NCBI GenBank assembly: GCA_965214705.1
Contig: CBDCCI010000002.1
Location: 2,978,944 to 3,042,943 of the forward strand
DNA from: Alphaproteobacteria bacterium
GTDB lineage: Bacteria; Pseudomonadota; Alphaproteobacteria; UBA828
Length of the DNA: 64,000 nucleotides
Direction of reading: 5' to 3'
This document shows, piece after piece, positions 29,916 through 41,114 of the stretch. Each line of letters begins with the position of its first letter. Positions within the stretch are counted from its first letter, which is position 1. The translations under genes were made by a program, and so were the position numbers. Under the pieces are notes generated by a model. The model was not told the DNA's origin and made no database searches. It saw nothing but the letters and a program-made list of their open reading frames with translations.

Positions 29916-32075
29916 CCCAAGTTGGCACTTTTCCGCTGCCTGTGTTCCCTATTGGTTTGATTCAACGCGATATTTTTCTCGGTCGATTCCAACATGGCCC
30001 CACATTTTGTGAGATTCTGTCAGCTCATCAGACGGGTCCTCGTGCGGTGGATGGCGGGGTCCACGCCCGCCGCCGAGGAGATTGCGGCAACCTCGGCGGC
30101 CGGGCGCGTGTCCTGGCGGTTGACGATCAAGGTGCCGTCGGTCTGGCGCAGGCGCGTGGTGATCCGCACCCAGGTCCGCATGCTCTCGCGGATCGACGCC
30201 CAGCACTTGTGGATGCCGCGCGCGGCCAGCCGGGTACGGATCAGATGCACGGCGTGGTAGGCCAGCACGGCGATCAGCAGGTGGGCCGCGATGCGCCGGT
30301 CGAGCTGGTGCCAGATCGGGCGAAGGCCGAGCTCGGATTTCAGGCTCCGGAATGTCGCCTCGATATCCGTGATCCGCCAGTACGTCCGCAGGACCGTCTC
30401 GATGTCCCAGTCGACGTGGCTGGTGCGCAGCACATAGGCACCGGCGCCCTCATCGGCCTCGTCGTATCGCGGCCTGCGCTTGAAGCGCACGGCGGTGGCA
30501 TTGGGGCCGGTTTTCGCCCTCTCGACCGTGATCTCGTAGTGCCTGGCGACGGCGGAGAAGCGCTGCTTGAGGCGGCCTATGCTCTCCAGCACCTTGTCGT
30601 AGCGCTTGAGGCGGCCCTTGACCGCAAGGCCGCCGTGGAGCCTTTCCAGCGCCGCCTCGAAGCGGTTCCGCCTCAGGCCGATGATCGCGTTCTCGGCCTT
30701 CTTCTTGCCCTCGCTGACGACGTAGAGCCGCGCCTCGCCGTCCTCGCTGGCAAGCCGCCAGGCCCGCACCTCGTGGCGCGCGCTGGTGATCAGCAGGGCC
30801 TCGGGTCCGCCCTCGGGCGGCGCAGGCCTGGCACCGCGGCTGACCGCGATCCAGTCGTAGCCCTGCTCGCCCAGCCACGCGATGTTTTTCTCGGTGGCGA
30901 TGCCCGCGTCCATGACCACCGTGGGCTTCGGCGCCGTGCCGCCGCACACCGCCTCGAGCCGCGCCAGCGCCTCGTGCAGCGTGCCCGGCTCGCTCACGTT
31001 GCCCGGCAGGATCTCGCAACTGCGCGGGAAGCCCGCGCCGTCGAGCGCCAGCGCCAGCGTGATGAGGGGACAGTCGTCGCGCTTCTGCTTGGAGCGCCCG
31101 AACCTGGGAAGCTCGCCGCCCGTGTGGCCGTGGTAGTGGACGTTGGTGAGATCGTAGAAGGCGATCGTCTCGGGCAGGTCGAGCAGTGCGCGCTCACGGT
31201 TGAACAGCTCCCGCTGGATGGCGGCGCGGTGGCGCCAGAGCAGGTCGCCGATGCGGTAGAGCGTCTTGCGCCGCAGCGCCTTGCGGTCGCCCTCCAGGCC
31301 CAGGAGCTCGGCGGCCGCGCTGTCGTGGCGGAGCCAGCGGCTGGTATCACGCTCGCTGGCGGGATGGACCATCCTGGCGACGATCAGCGCGCTGGCGATG
31401 CGCCCGTCGCGGCCCTTGATGTCGAGGCCGTGGAGGATTTCGGCGAAGCCGAGGGCGTCGAGGGCCTTGAGGCACAGGCGCTCGCAGCCGACCGTGCGCG
31501 GGTTCTCGTGCTCCAGGGTATCGAGGTCGACGGTGGCGATGTCGGGCTTGCGCGCCTCTTCCTGCATCGCCTCGACGCGGAACCCCCTGGCCCTGAGCTT
31601 GGCGACGATGTCCTCGGCTGCGGCCCGCACATCCGCCTCGCCCTCGAACAGCGGCGGCTTGCCGTGAAGCAGCGCCTCGGCGAGTTCGGTGACGGCCTTC
31701 CACTTCTCGCGCGGCACCGGATAGTCGGTGCCGAGATTGAGCAGCGTCCTGTGGCGCACCTTGTCGCCGACGCGCTGGGCGAGCACGAGGCGATGGCTTC
31801 GGACCGGCTGGCCGGCCTTGTCGGTGTGTGTCCTGGTTGCCTTGATGTACATGGCGGCGCCGTTTCTGCGATGCCTGTTTCGCATACACGGCGTTCGCGG
31901 CATCTGGCAAGAGGGATATCGACTCAACTCCAAAGTCCTGGCCCCACAATTGGCTTCCAGGACCACGAATGGCAAATGTGGGTCTCAGGTGTCCTCCAAC
32001 CCCAACATCTAGTGGTTCAGCGCCGCAAAACTGGCTCGAACAGGCTCGGCTGGTCGGAAAAAGTGCCAACTTGGG
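29916..32075 (-). mobile_element. IS1634-family element
   Basis: IRs CCCAAGTTGGCACTTTT / AAAAGTGCCAACTTGGG; 4-bp duplication TCAA. Confidence 0.9.
30020..31852 (-). CDS. IS1634-family transposase
   Basis: HRTLLNLG, FYDLTN, FGRSKQKR, VMDAG, IEATFRSLKSELGLRP. Confidence 0.9.
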   Translation of the reverse strand: MYIKATRTHTDKAGQPVRSHRLVLAQRVGDKVRHRTLLNLGTDYPVPREKWKAVTELAEALLHGKPPLFEGEADVRAAAEDIVAKLRARGFRVEAMQEEARKPDIATVDLDTLEHENPRTVGCERLCLKALDALGFAEILHGLDIKGRDGRIASALIVARMVHPASERDTSRWLRHDSAAAELLGLEGDRKALRRKTLYRIGDLLWRHRAAIQRELFNRERALLDLPETIAFYDLTNVHYHGHTGGELPRFGRSKQKRDDCPLITLALALDGAGFPRSCEILPGNVSEPGTLHEALARLEAVCGGTAPKPTVVMDAGIATEKNIAWLGEQGYDWIAVSRGARPAPPEGGPEALLITSARHEVRAWRLASEDGEARLYVVSEGKKKAENAIIGLRRNRFEAALERLHGGLAVKGRLKRYDKVLESIGRLKQRFSAVARHYEITVERAKTGPNATAVRFKRRPRYDEADEGAGAYVLRTSHVDWDIETVLRTYWRITDIEATFRSLKSELGLRPIWHQLDRRIAAHLLIAVLAYHAVHLIRTRLAARGIHKCWASIRESMRTWVRITTRLRQTDGTLIVNRQDTRPAAEVAAISSAAGVDPAIHRTRTRLMS

Positions 32076-33020
32076 TCAAGTTGTGTCGGCGCTGCGGCGA
32101 GAAACGGCGCACCGCCGATAAGACCCGCCGCGCCAAGGCCCGGGCCGAAGGCAGGATCTACGCTGGCCGCGATCCCGACACGACACGGCGCGCTGCCCGT
32201 GCCAGGGACAGGCAGCGGCGGCGGGAACGGAAGGACGCAGGCCTCTGCACGGCCTGCGGCCTCTGCCTGCCCGCCGCTGGCCGTTCCATCTGCGAGCCGT
32301 GCCGCGGGGAGCAGCGCGCGATCGAGCGCGAGCGATACGCTGCCCGCCGTGCTGCCGGGCGATGTGTGCGGTGCGGGCAACCGGCGTTCGGCGGCTCGTC
32401 CCGCTGTGGTCGGTGCGCCGTGCTCGAAGCCGAGCGCACGTCGCCCGAACGCAGGAAGGCGGCCGCCAGGAAGCGCTACGCCAGGCGCAGGGCGCAGAGG
32501 GCGTGCGTGGATTGCTCGGTTCCCGTTGCCGGCACTGCGCGCTGTCCAAGCTGCGCCCCGCGATCCAACTCGCGCGCCCCCGATCCGAGCCGCCTGCCCG
32601 TGCTGTTCCCCGAGTACACCGTGGTCCGGCTCGACACCGGCGAAGTGATCGAGAGCTTCGAGACCGAAGCGGAAGCGGCCGCCTGCCTGGTCTTCGCCAG
32701 GCTCCGCCCCGACCAGGTGGAAATACGCGCCAATGTCCCATTGATGGCGCTCTCTCCGCCATGAACGCGGCATCCCGCGTGCAGGCTTCAGCAGGTAAAG
32801 CCACCTTCGATCTTCACGACCCTATGCCGCTGTGACCCGTGATGCCAGCAAACCGATCGGACGTGCGGTCCGCCCGGTCGCAGACCCCTCGGCGGGCGTC
32901 GGGGCAGGCCGCAGCCGGGAGGAGGAGAGTGGCTTTCGAGTAGTGAACGGGAGGTGGATCGAGAGAGGTCCGTCCCGTTCGCCAACCATCGTCAGAACTC
33001 GCACGTGAAGGAGCACGACC

Positions 33021-33062
33021 ATGAGTTTCGGACTGAACCGCGCAGAAGTCATTGGCCGTCTT
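33021..33062 (+). pseudogene. ssb: Truncated ssb paralog, first 14 codons
   Basis: AAGGAG RBS then MSFGLNRAEVIGRL (cf. MAFGLNSAQIIGRL); same position after the CxxC gene. Confidence 0.7.
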
Positions 33063-33275
33063 GTCGTGAAACCCATTCTCTCAATTTCCTCGTCTGTAAC
33101 ATGCTGATGAAAAGCGCCTATTCGAAGCGCCTGTCCGAGCCGTGCTTTTCTCCAAACCGCAGTCAACACATCGTCAACACGAAGGGGGCAGATCAACAAT
33201 TTTCGATTTCGGTATGATCCACTAATATAGCCCTGCCCTGTTTGCGCCTCCGCGAACAACGAATGTCCGATCACC

Positions 33276-34469
33276 ATGTCGAGCAATCCCAGCCGCACGC
33301 CCCACGGCCGCACGATCAGAGACAGCAGCGGATATGCCGCCTTCCTGCCGGCGCCGCTGCCTCCGCCGATCACATGGGATCGAGCTCTCGTCGCCGATCT
33401 TTCCGCCGCGGATCGCGCCATCGGCCGGCTCGCGGGCGAAGGCAGGCGGCTTCGCAACTCTCATCTCTTCATCAAGCCATTCGTGCACCGGGAGGCGGTG
33501 CTGTCCAGCCGCATCGAGGGCACACGCACCACCCTTGGCGAGCTGCTGGTGGCCGCGGCCGGCGCGACCGCCGGTCGAGCCCCCGCCGATCTCGAAGAGG
33601 TGGCCAACTATGTCACTGCCCTCGAGCATGCACTGGAGCGTCTTTCCTCGCTACCGCTCTCCCTGCGCCTCATCCGGGAAGTCCACGAACGCCTCATGCG
33701 CGGTGTGCGTGGAGACACCGCGTTGCCCGGTGAGTTCCGGCGCAGCCAGAACTGGATAGGCCCGCACGGATGCAGCCTTGGTGAGGCCACCTACGTGCCC
33801 CCGCCCCCGGCCGAGCTGATGGCGTGCCTCGACCCGTTCGAGCGCTTTCTCCATGATGACTCGCTACCCCCGCTGGTCCATGCTGGCCTCGTCCACGCCC
33901 AGTTCGAGGCCATTCATCCCTTCCTTGACGGCAACGGCCGCGTCGGGCGCCTGCTCATCACGCTTCTACTGGTCGAACGTGCCGTGCTGCCGTCGCCACT
34001 GCTTTACCTGAGTGCCTACTTCGAGGCGACACGCGAGTTGTACTACGAGCATCTTCTGGCCGTGACCCGGGAAGGAGCGTGGGAGCGGTGGCTGAGCTAC
34101 TTCCTGCGCGGCGTCAAAGTCCAGGCCGAGGACGCAGTCGAGCGCATGGAGCAGATCGACGGTCTGCTCGAGGACTGGCGGGAAGAGCTTGGCGGCGCCC
34201 AGTTGGGCCGGCCCAGGGAAGCATTGCGCCTGTTCGCCGAGAACCCGTTCTGGACCGTGAGGGGCGTTGCCGAGGAGTTGGGTGTCGCCTACACGACGGC
34301 CCAGCGCGCCGTCGAACGACTGCAGGTGGCGGGCATCGTCTCGCCGGTCGGTTCGGCGAAACGGAATCGCGTTTACTGCGCCCGAGATATGCTGGCAGTG
34401 TTGGAGGCGCCCCGCGCGGCGGCACGCTCACATCCGGAAGTGCTTCCGCCGTCAGAGAGCACCGTATGA
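33276..34469 (+). CDS. Fic-family protein with C-terminal HTH
   Basis: EAVLSSRIEG, HPFLDGNGRVGR. Confidence 0.92.
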   Translation: MSSNPSRTPHGRTIRDSSGYAAFLPAPLPPPITWDRALVADLSAADRAIGRLAGEGRRLRNSHLFIKPFVHREAVLSSRIEGTRTTLGELLVAAAGATAGRAPADLEEVANYVTALEHALERLSSLPLSLRLIREVHERLMRGVRGDTALPGEFRRSQNWIGPHGCSLGEATYVPPPPAELMACLDPFERFLHDDSLPPLVHAGLVHAQFEAIHPFLDGNGRVGRLLITLLLVERAVLPSPLLYLSAYFEATRELYYEHLLAVTREGAWERWLSYFLRGVKVQAEDAVERMEQIDGLLEDWREELGGAQLGRPREALRLFAENPFWTVRGVAEELGVAYTTAQRAVERLQVAGIVSPVGSAKRNRVYCARDMLAVLEAPRAAARSHPEVLPPSESTV

Positions 34470-34757
34470 GCGTTACGAGCGCTAGTCTCCGGCTCGACCG
34501 ATGGAGGCCAAGCCACATCGGCCTGCCTATCTGCGGCAGCGTTCCAGGTCGCGGGAATTCGGTGACGGCCATGGGCCACCCGGCGATGGCGATCAGCGCA
34601 CTCGCCGCGCGGTCCTGCCCGCGAGCTGCGCCACTTGGGCGCGCGACAGGCGAAGCTCCCGAGCGATCGCCGCCGACTTGACGCCGGCCTCGAACAGCTT
34701 CGCGGCCTGCGCCACAGTTAGGCCGGCAGCGCATTGATCCTCGCCATGAGGCGGCCG

Positions 34758-34880
34758 ATGATCGCCCGGCTTCTCGGCCACTCCAGAGTGGAGACGACCG
34801 CCAGATGCGTGCGCTTGGCGCGCGACCTCGTGCACGAGATAGCCGCGCGGCTCGCCGTCAGCATCAGGGAGGATCTGCTG
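34758..34880 (+). pseudogene. Tyrosine integrase C-terminal remnant
   Basis: MIARLLGHSRVETTARC; catalytic Tyr replaced by Cys. Confidence 0.6.
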
Positions 34881-34960
34881 AGCGTACAGGACAACGGGGG
34901 TGCCAGCCGCGCCGGACGGCTCTCGCCGATCAGGCCGCGGTCATCGGAGGCCGGTGCAGG

Positions 34961-36955
34961 CTATGTTCTCATGTGTCCGGGAAGGTGGCCGATCACGACC
35001 TGCCGGGTCGTCTCGTCCCAGGTGAAATACACACGAAGGCAGTGCCTGGGATCGCGCGTCTTCGTGTTGTTCTTCAGTTGGCGGTCCAGCATGAGCCTGC
35101 GGCCGTCCCACTCGATCGAGAAATCGTCGCGCGCCTTGCCCTGCCGGTCCCTGCTGATGCTCCGCGTCTCCTGCAGCCGCAGTTCACGCAGCTCGCCCTC
35201 GAAGGCATCGCGCAGCGCCTTGCCGCCGCCGCCGGTCTTCATCCGCCAGTAGCTTCCTGCCAGCACCTCGACCGCCCTGCCGACGAGACCCACGTCCTCG
35301 AACCCCGCACTCTTGAGCGCCCTGAGCGCGCGTCCGGCGAGCACCACGCGTCCCTGAAAGTGCCGCTCCGCCCAGGCCGGGAGATCGGCGTAGCTCTCAA
35401 GCGGAGGCACGGTCCCGTCTTCCGTCGGGGAGGGATCCCGCGCGCCATCGATGGCGGCGAGCCGCCGCTGCAGCCGGTGCTTCTCGCGCCGCAGCCCGTC
35501 GTTTTCCGCCCCGGCGTCGGCCAGAGCCTGCTCCAGAGCCGCAATCCGCTCCTCCGCCGTCCGGTTCGCAGCCTTCAGATCGCCGATCTCGGCGCGCAGC
35601 GCGCGCTCGTGATCACGCGTCCCGCCGCCGAACGCCTCCCCGCCGTCGACCTCCTCCTCTTCCGCTCCGTCGCGGTCCGCCAGGGAACCGAAACGCTGCA
35701 CGAGATCGCCGAGACAGGCGGTGACCTCGTCCAGCGCCTCTTTCGCCGGCTCGAGCGAACGCGGGTGTTCGCGCTCGGCCGAGGCCGCCGCGTGCAGCGC
35801 CTCGAGGTTCTCCGCGCTGGGGTTCTCGGCGTAGCGGCCGGACGCCTCCCGCAGGGCAAGCTCGTGCGCGCCCGGCTCGACGATCGCGCTGCGGAAGCGC
35901 TCCGCCTGCTCCCGGCAACTCTCCCACTCGGGGTCGGGGATGCAGCGCGGCAGGGCGGTATCCAGCAACAGCGCTTCGATGCGCCCCGTCAGCGCACCCG
36001 CCTCCTCGGCAGGCGCCGTTTGCCCCGCCGCTCCGACGGCTCCCTCCAGCAGCGTGCGCAGGGCGCCGTGGCGGCAGCGCGCAAGGGCCAGGTTCCGCGC
36101 GGTCTCGATCTCGTCGAGCTCGTCAGCGAGCGCTGCAAACTCAAGAACCAGGTACGACAAAAGGCTCGCTGACGGTTCGTCATGCTCGGTGACATACGTC
36201 TTCAGCCGGCCGTAGGCATCGGTCATGTCCTTGCGCAGCAGGGCGCAGTCGTCGTCGGCGCGCGCGGCCAGCCTCTCCAGATGCGGCCCGCCCGCCTCGC
36301 AGGCCAGCCGATCCACCAGATCGTCGCGCTCGCCAAGGCCCCGGAAGCGGCTGCGATGGACCGCATGCCCCACCAGGCGCTCGATCTCGGGCTCCTCCAG
36401 CCAGGATGACATCATGTAGCGGGACTCGGGGCCTCCGGTGCACCACAGGACCCAGACCGATTGCGCGACCAGTTCGCGCTCCCCCTCCTCCCAGAGCGTC
36501 TCGAAATGGTCGAGTATCGTTTCCTCGGAGACACCCGGCGTGGCGGGGCGCAGCGCCTGCGCCCGCTCGGAGGCCGACTTGAGAACCAGTCGGCCGAGCT
36601 GCTTCTTGCGCCCCTTGACCCGGCCGAACAGTTCGAGGATCCGCTCCTCGAACAGCCACAGGAACCACGCCCAGCGCTGCGCAAGGGTGTGAACGGCGCG
36701 CCAGAACGCCGCGTCGTCGCTGCCGTCCACCGCCGCCGGCCAGTCCGAATACTCCTCCGCCATCGCCGACGCCAGCTTCCGCAGGTCGGCCCTCATCAGG
36801 TGGTGGTTCTCCTTCAGCCAGTCCGGCGTCACGAACTCCGGCAGCACCGCCGGCTGGAGGCCGTCTTCCGCGGCCGCCTCCGGCACGCAAGCGATGGGTT
36901 GCACCAGGATCGACCTTTCCTCCGCGAGAGACTGTAGCCGCCCGCCGGCGCGCAT
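34961..36955 (-). CDS. Helical/coiled-coil protein with a possible RelE-like C-terminal domain
   Basis: 664-aa ORF; C-terminus LKNNTKTRDPRHCLRVYFTWDETTRQVVIGHLPGH; the fold is inference. Confidence 0.65.
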   Translation of the reverse strand: MRAGGRLQSLAEERSILVQPIACVPEAAAEDGLQPAVLPEFVTPDWLKENHHLMRADLRKLASAMAEEYSDWPAAVDGSDDAAFWRAVHTLAQRWAWFLWLFEERILELFGRVKGRKKQLGRLVLKSASERAQALRPATPGVSEETILDHFETLWEEGERELVAQSVWVLWCTGGPESRYMMSSWLEEPEIERLVGHAVHRSRFRGLGERDDLVDRLACEAGGPHLERLAARADDDCALLRKDMTDAYGRLKTYVTEHDEPSASLLSYLVLEFAALADELDEIETARNLALARCRHGALRTLLEGAVGAAGQTAPAEEAGALTGRIEALLLDTALPRCIPDPEWESCREQAERFRSAIVEPGAHELALREASGRYAENPSAENLEALHAAASAEREHPRSLEPAKEALDEVTACLGDLVQRFGSLADRDGAEEEEVDGGEAFGGGTRDHERALRAEIGDLKAANRTAEERIAALEQALADAGAENDGLRREKHRLQRRLAAIDGARDPSPTEDGTVPPLESYADLPAWAERHFQGRVVLAGRALRALKSAGFEDVGLVGRAVEVLAGSYWRMKTGGGGKALRDAFEGELRELRLQETRSISRDRQGKARDDFSIEWDGRRLMLDRQLKNNTKTRDPRHCLRVYFTWDETTRQVVIGHLPGHMRT

Positions 36956-37209
36956 GCGCTGCTCGACGCGGACCGACGACCATGGAACTATCCTTCGTCA
37001 GGATGGGAAGATTCCCGACTGCGTTCAAGCCCGGCAGAAGGACTAAATCCCGGGCAAGACGGGATCGCGCTGACCGGCCGCGTCAACGCGAAGCCGCCGG
37101 TTACTCCTCCCGCAATTCAGCCATCCCGCCAAGTCACCATCGATCCGGGAACGGCCACCATCGGACACGCCGGTCCGGCACGCTCCCTCCGGCAATGACG
37201 AGACAATCC

Positions 37210-37983
37210 TCAAGCCCATCTTGCGAGCCGCCTGCCGGTCGCGCCGAAGGCGAAGTCGCCCCATACTCCGAAGCGGCCGGACAGGCGATTGTCGTGACGG
37301 TCTTCCCGGGGCCACAACCCGATGCCGCCGGCCGGCGCCATGTCCGGCGTATGGGCGATGTGATCGAGCGCCCTGCCCGGTGCACCCTCCAGCTCCCCGG
37401 CAGTCGCGAAGCTGAAACCCTCGAACGCGTGCAGCATCGCCGCATGCACCCCCTTCGGCTGCGACCGTCGCGGAACCCGCTGATTGAAGTCGCCCAGAAC
37501 GGCCGTGCGCCTCTTGGCGTGCCGGTACGGCAGACTCTCGAACCCCGCCAGCCACGCCTCGTGCTCCTGCCACTGGCTGCGGTCCTTGCGGCCCGACCGC
37601 ACGTGCGCGTCCCGCCAGGGAATGCAGACCCCGACCACCGTCAGCGGCCCCAGCGCGGTCAGGGTGATCCCCGCCACCAGCCTCCCGGCCGGGAGCGCTC
37701 CGGAGCTGCCGATGTCCACGGCGGCCCACGGATGCCTGCTCCAGACGAGAATCTTCCGCCGTGCCTCTTCGTGGCCGTAGCCCCAATCCGGTCCGGCATC
37801 GATGGCATGGCCGCCGGCCGGGAGGATGTCCGCGCACCCCTCGGTCACGCACACGATGTCGCAATCGGGTGCCTTCAGGGCGGCGGCAATGCGAGCGCCC
37901 CGCTCGCTGTTCGCTCCCGCCCACTCGACATTCCAGGTGCCGATGCGGACTGTGGGCCGATCGTTGTCCGTCTTCGCTCGCAT
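37210..37983 (-). CDS. Endonuclease/exonuclease/phosphatase family protein
   Basis: GTWNVE, DIVCVTE, LGDFNQ, LDHI. Confidence 0.82.
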   Translation of the reverse strand: MRAKTDNDRPTVRIGTWNVEWAGANSERGARIAAALKAPDCDIVCVTEGCADILPAGGHAIDAGPDWGYGHEEARRKILVWSRHPWAAVDIGSSGALPAGRLVAGITLTALGPLTVVGVCIPWRDAHVRSGRKDRSQWQEHEAWLAGFESLPYRHAKRRTAVLGDFNQRVPRRSQPKGVHAAMLHAFEGFSFATAGELEGAPGRALDHIAHTPDMAPAGGIGLWPREDRHDNRLSGRFGVWGDFAFGATGRRLARWA

Positions 37984-38291
37984 GGTTGCAGGTTCCGTCT
38001 ACCGCTCAAACTACCCACACGGATTGTTCGGGCAAGCTGCGAGACCGGCGTACCCGGGCGGGTGCAGTCTTCAGCGGCGATCTCTCGGGCGAGCTTGCAC
38101 GCCTGCCGGAGCGCAAGCGGGAGCGCCCGACCGCACCGTGTGGAGACCGCTCGCTCGGCCGCGGGCCGGCCGAGACCCGGTTCGAGGAACCGGGAATCGT
38201 CGACAAGGCCCTGCAAGGGGCCGGCGGTTCTTGGCGCCCGCTCTCCGGCGTAGTATGCAGCCGCTCCACAAGATCATCGGAGGTCCAGCAC

Positions 38292-38633
38292 ATGGCAACA
38301 TCCCGTCCCCGCAAGGCCACCGCGCTCAAGGAAGCGATGACCAAGACGCAACTGGTGGCTTCGCTGTCCGAATCGACGGGCCTTCCCAGGAAAGACGTTG
38401 CGGCGGTGATCGACGAGCTCGGTGTTCTCATCGAGCGCCACATCAAGAAGCGCGCGGTCGGCACTTTCACGCTTCCCGGCCTGCTCAGGATCATGCGTGT
38501 GCGCAAGCCCGCCACGAAGGCGCGGACGATGATTTCGCCGCGGACCGGCGAAGAAATCCAGGTGGCCGCAAAGCCGGCCTCGACGGCAGTCAAGGTCCGG
38601 CCGCTGGCGGGCCTCAAGCGGATGGTCGAATAG
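38292..38633 (+). CDS. HU-family DNA-binding protein
   Basis: MTKTQLV, FTLPGL, ARTMISPRTGEEIQVAAK. Confidence 0.9.
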   Translation: MATSRPRKATALKEAMTKTQLVASLSESTGLPRKDVAAVIDELGVLIERHIKKRAVGTFTLPGLLRIMRVRKPATKARTMISPRTGEEIQVAAKPASTAVKVRPLAGLKRMVE

Positions 38634-38720
38634 CTCTCCGCCGCTCGGCCGGATCGGCGCCTGCGTTCCGGCCGCGCATCCCGGCATGTGAGATATACCG
38701 GCGCGCGCCGGAGTTCCGCC

Positions 38721-39563
38721 TCAGATGAACTCGATATCCCTCGCCTGGGGACCGCGCGCTCCCTGCTCCACCATCACGTTCACGCGCTGGCCCGGCTCCA
38801 GGCCGCCGAGGCCCGCGCGATCGAGCACGCTGCCGGGCACGAACACGTCCGGCCCGCCGTCGTCCGGCACCACGAAGCCGTATCCCTTGGCGGCGTTGAA
38901 GAACTTGACCAGGCCGGAGCGTTCCTCGACCGGCCCGGCCGGCTCGACGCGGTCCCACCTTCGCTCACGCCGGTCCCGGTACGGCTCGTCGCGGCCCGCT
39001 GGTTCGACGATGGCGGTCGAGGTATCGACAGCCACGATGGACGACACCATCGAACCCCGCTGGCCTTCCGCCACCTCGCAGGTCACGGTCGCGCCCTGCG
39101 GAAGCGTGTCGTATCCGGCGTCCCGGACCGCCGAGGCATGGCAGAACACATCGGGCGAGCCGTCGTCGGGAACCAGAAAGCCGAAACCCTTCGCCGGATT
39201 GAACCACTTCACGGCAGCCACAACGCGGCGGGACGGAGCCGGACCCCGCTCGCCGTGAAGATGTCCGTAGTCGCCGCGCGGCGGCGCGCCGCTCCTCGCC
39301 GGGCTCGCGGTCGCGGTCGACGTATCGACGGCATGGATCTGCCAGACCTGCTGACCCTGACGGCCCTGCTCGACCTCACAGGTGACGGTCGCGCCCTCGG
39401 GCAGAGCGTCGAAGCCCGCCCGCGACACCGCCGACACATGGCAGAAGATGTCGGGCGAACCGTCGGCCGGCGTCAGGAAACCGAACCCCTTCACCGGATT
39501 GAACCATTTGACCGTTGCAACGACCGTGGCGCCGGGCGCCGATCCTGAACCGCCTTCCCGCAT
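38721..39563 (-). CDS. Protein with three tandem cold-shock domains
   Basis: VKWFNPVKGFGF, VKWFNPAKGFGF, VKFFNAAKGYGF, followed by DIFCH, DVFCH, DVFVP. Confidence 0.92.
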   Translation of the reverse strand: MREGGSGSAPGATVVATVKWFNPVKGFGFLTPADGSPDIFCHVSAVSRAGFDALPEGATVTCEVEQGRQGQQVWQIHAVDTSTATASPARSGAPPRGDYGHLHGERGPAPSRRVVAAVKWFNPAKGFGFLVPDDGSPDVFCHASAVRDAGYDTLPQGATVTCEVAEGQRGSMVSSIVAVDTSTAIVEPAGRDEPYRDRRERRWDRVEPAGPVEERSGLVKFFNAAKGYGFVVPDDGGPDVFVPGSVLDRAGLGGLEPGQRVNVMVEQGARGPQARDIEFI

Positions 39564-39989
39564 TCCGAACCACCTGCCTTCCTTGAGCTGCCGAGGCCAG
39601 CCCGCCGCCGGGCCACCGGCCGAGTGACTGCGGCGGAGTGGTCTCCGCCGCACGGCCGCCATCATAGCCACGGCCGGGGCGCGGCGACAGACCGGCGCAC
39701 GCCTCACCCCTGCCTTGAGCGTCCCCCGGATGACGAAGTGGTGCCGTCCGCCTCCCCGTCGTCCTTCCGCCGCCACAGGCCTGTGCGCCGCCGCGAGCGA
39801 GAGGCAGGCCGTGACGCGGGCGGTGGGGGCGGCGCTGCGGAGCGGGTCCCCGCCGTCGGCACACCAGACGGCGCACCTGCGGTGCTAACTGTCTGACTAA
39901 GGGTCGCTTTTTCTCCCGCATCTTGTTGCATCCGGACGGATCGGTCAACGCCCGGTTCCCTGGCTGCAACCGCAACCGGGAGAGAGGAC

Positions 39990-41111
39990 ATGCCCAGAAC
40001 CAACCTCACCGACGCCCGCATCGGGGCGCTCAAGCCCCGCAAGGCCGCCTACGACGTCCGCGACGGCAAGCTCAAGGGGTTCGGCGTCCGGGTGCTGCCC
40101 TCGGGCGGCAAGCGCTTCTTCGTCCACTGCCAGCATCGCGGCAAACGAGTGTGGAAGATCATAGGCGACGCCGAGGCGATGAGCGTGATCGAGGCGCGCT
40201 CGCGCGCGAGCGGGATGCTGGCCGCGATCAGGCGGGGCGACACCGCGCCGCCCCGTCCCGAGGAGGCGCTCTTCGAGGCCGTCGCGGAAACCGTGTTCCG
40301 GCAGTACGAGCGGACATGGAAGCCGCGCACGCTCGCTGTCAACCGGGGCTACCTCCGCAACCAGATCATGCCCCATTTCGCGCGGCGCAATGTCGCCGAT
40401 ATCGACCGGCAGGAGGTGCGCAACTGGTTCGCCTCGCTCGCCGCGACGCCGGCCGCCGCCGACAGGTCCATGCCGATCCTCTCCGTCGTCATGAAGGAGG
40501 CGGAACGGATGGGGCTGCGGCCCGAGGGCTCCAACCCCTGCCTGGGCATCCGGCGATACCGCCGCAAGGGGCGCGAGCGGTTCCTGTCGGACGACGAGAT
40601 CCGGAGGCTCTCCCGGGCGCTCGCGGCGCACGCCGAGGCGTGTCCGGGGCAGGTCGCCGCGATCCGCCTGCTCCTTTTGACCGGATGCCGCAAGAGCGAG
40701 ATCCTGACGCTCCGCTGGTCCGACTACCGCGAGGGCCGCCTGTTCCTGCGCGACTCCAAGACCGGACCGAGGACCGTCTGGCTGTCCGCGCCCGCGCGGG
40801 CCGTCCTCGACGGCATCGCGCGGACCGGCCGTTGGGTCTTTCCGTCGCCCCATACCGGACGCGCGCACTGCGGACACTGGCTGGACAGCTTCTGGTGGCG
40901 CATCCGGGCGGAGGCCGATCTCGGCGACGCCCGTCTTCACGATCTCCGCCATACCCATGCCAGCATCGCGCTGCGCGAGGGCGAGACCGTGCTCGCCATC
41001 GGCAGACTGCTCGGACATGCCGATCCGGGGACCACCCTCAAGTATGCCCACCCGGCCGACGCGATGACGCGGCAGGCCGCCGAGACCATCGGCGCCGTGC
41101 TGGGGAGCTGA
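39990..41111 (+). CDS. Tyrosine integrase, first of tandem pair 2
   Basis: GFGVRVLPSG, TGCRKSE, DSKTG, HDLRH, LGH...TLKY. Confidence 0.93.
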   Translation: MPRTNLTDARIGALKPRKAAYDVRDGKLKGFGVRVLPSGGKRFFVHCQHRGKRVWKIIGDAEAMSVIEARSRASGMLAAIRRGDTAPPRPEEALFEAVAETVFRQYERTWKPRTLAVNRGYLRNQIMPHFARRNVADIDRQEVRNWFASLAATPAAADRSMPILSVVMKEAERMGLRPEGSNPCLGIRRYRRKGRERFLSDDEIRRLSRALAAHAEACPGQVAAIRLLLLTGCRKSEILTLRWSDYREGRLFLRDSKTGPRTVWLSAPARAVLDGIARTGRWVFPSPHTGRAHCGHWLDSFWWRIRAEADLGDARLHDLRHTHASIALREGETVLAIGRLLGHADPGTTLKYAHPADAMTRQAAETIGAVLGS

Positions 41112-41114
41112 GCC

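Larger units (their letters stand above)
29803..32764 (+). pseudogene. CxxC-repeat protein paralog split by IS1634
   Basis: Removing the IS and one TCAA restores CTRC...EPGLKLCRRC (paralog EPGLKVCTDC); both end VPLMALSP. Confidence 0.88.

Noticed and set aside
29798-32764. 988-aa + strand ORF running through IS1634
   Set aside because: Mostly the antisense shadow of the transposase that happens to join the CxxC gene tail; the true N-terminus is in another frame
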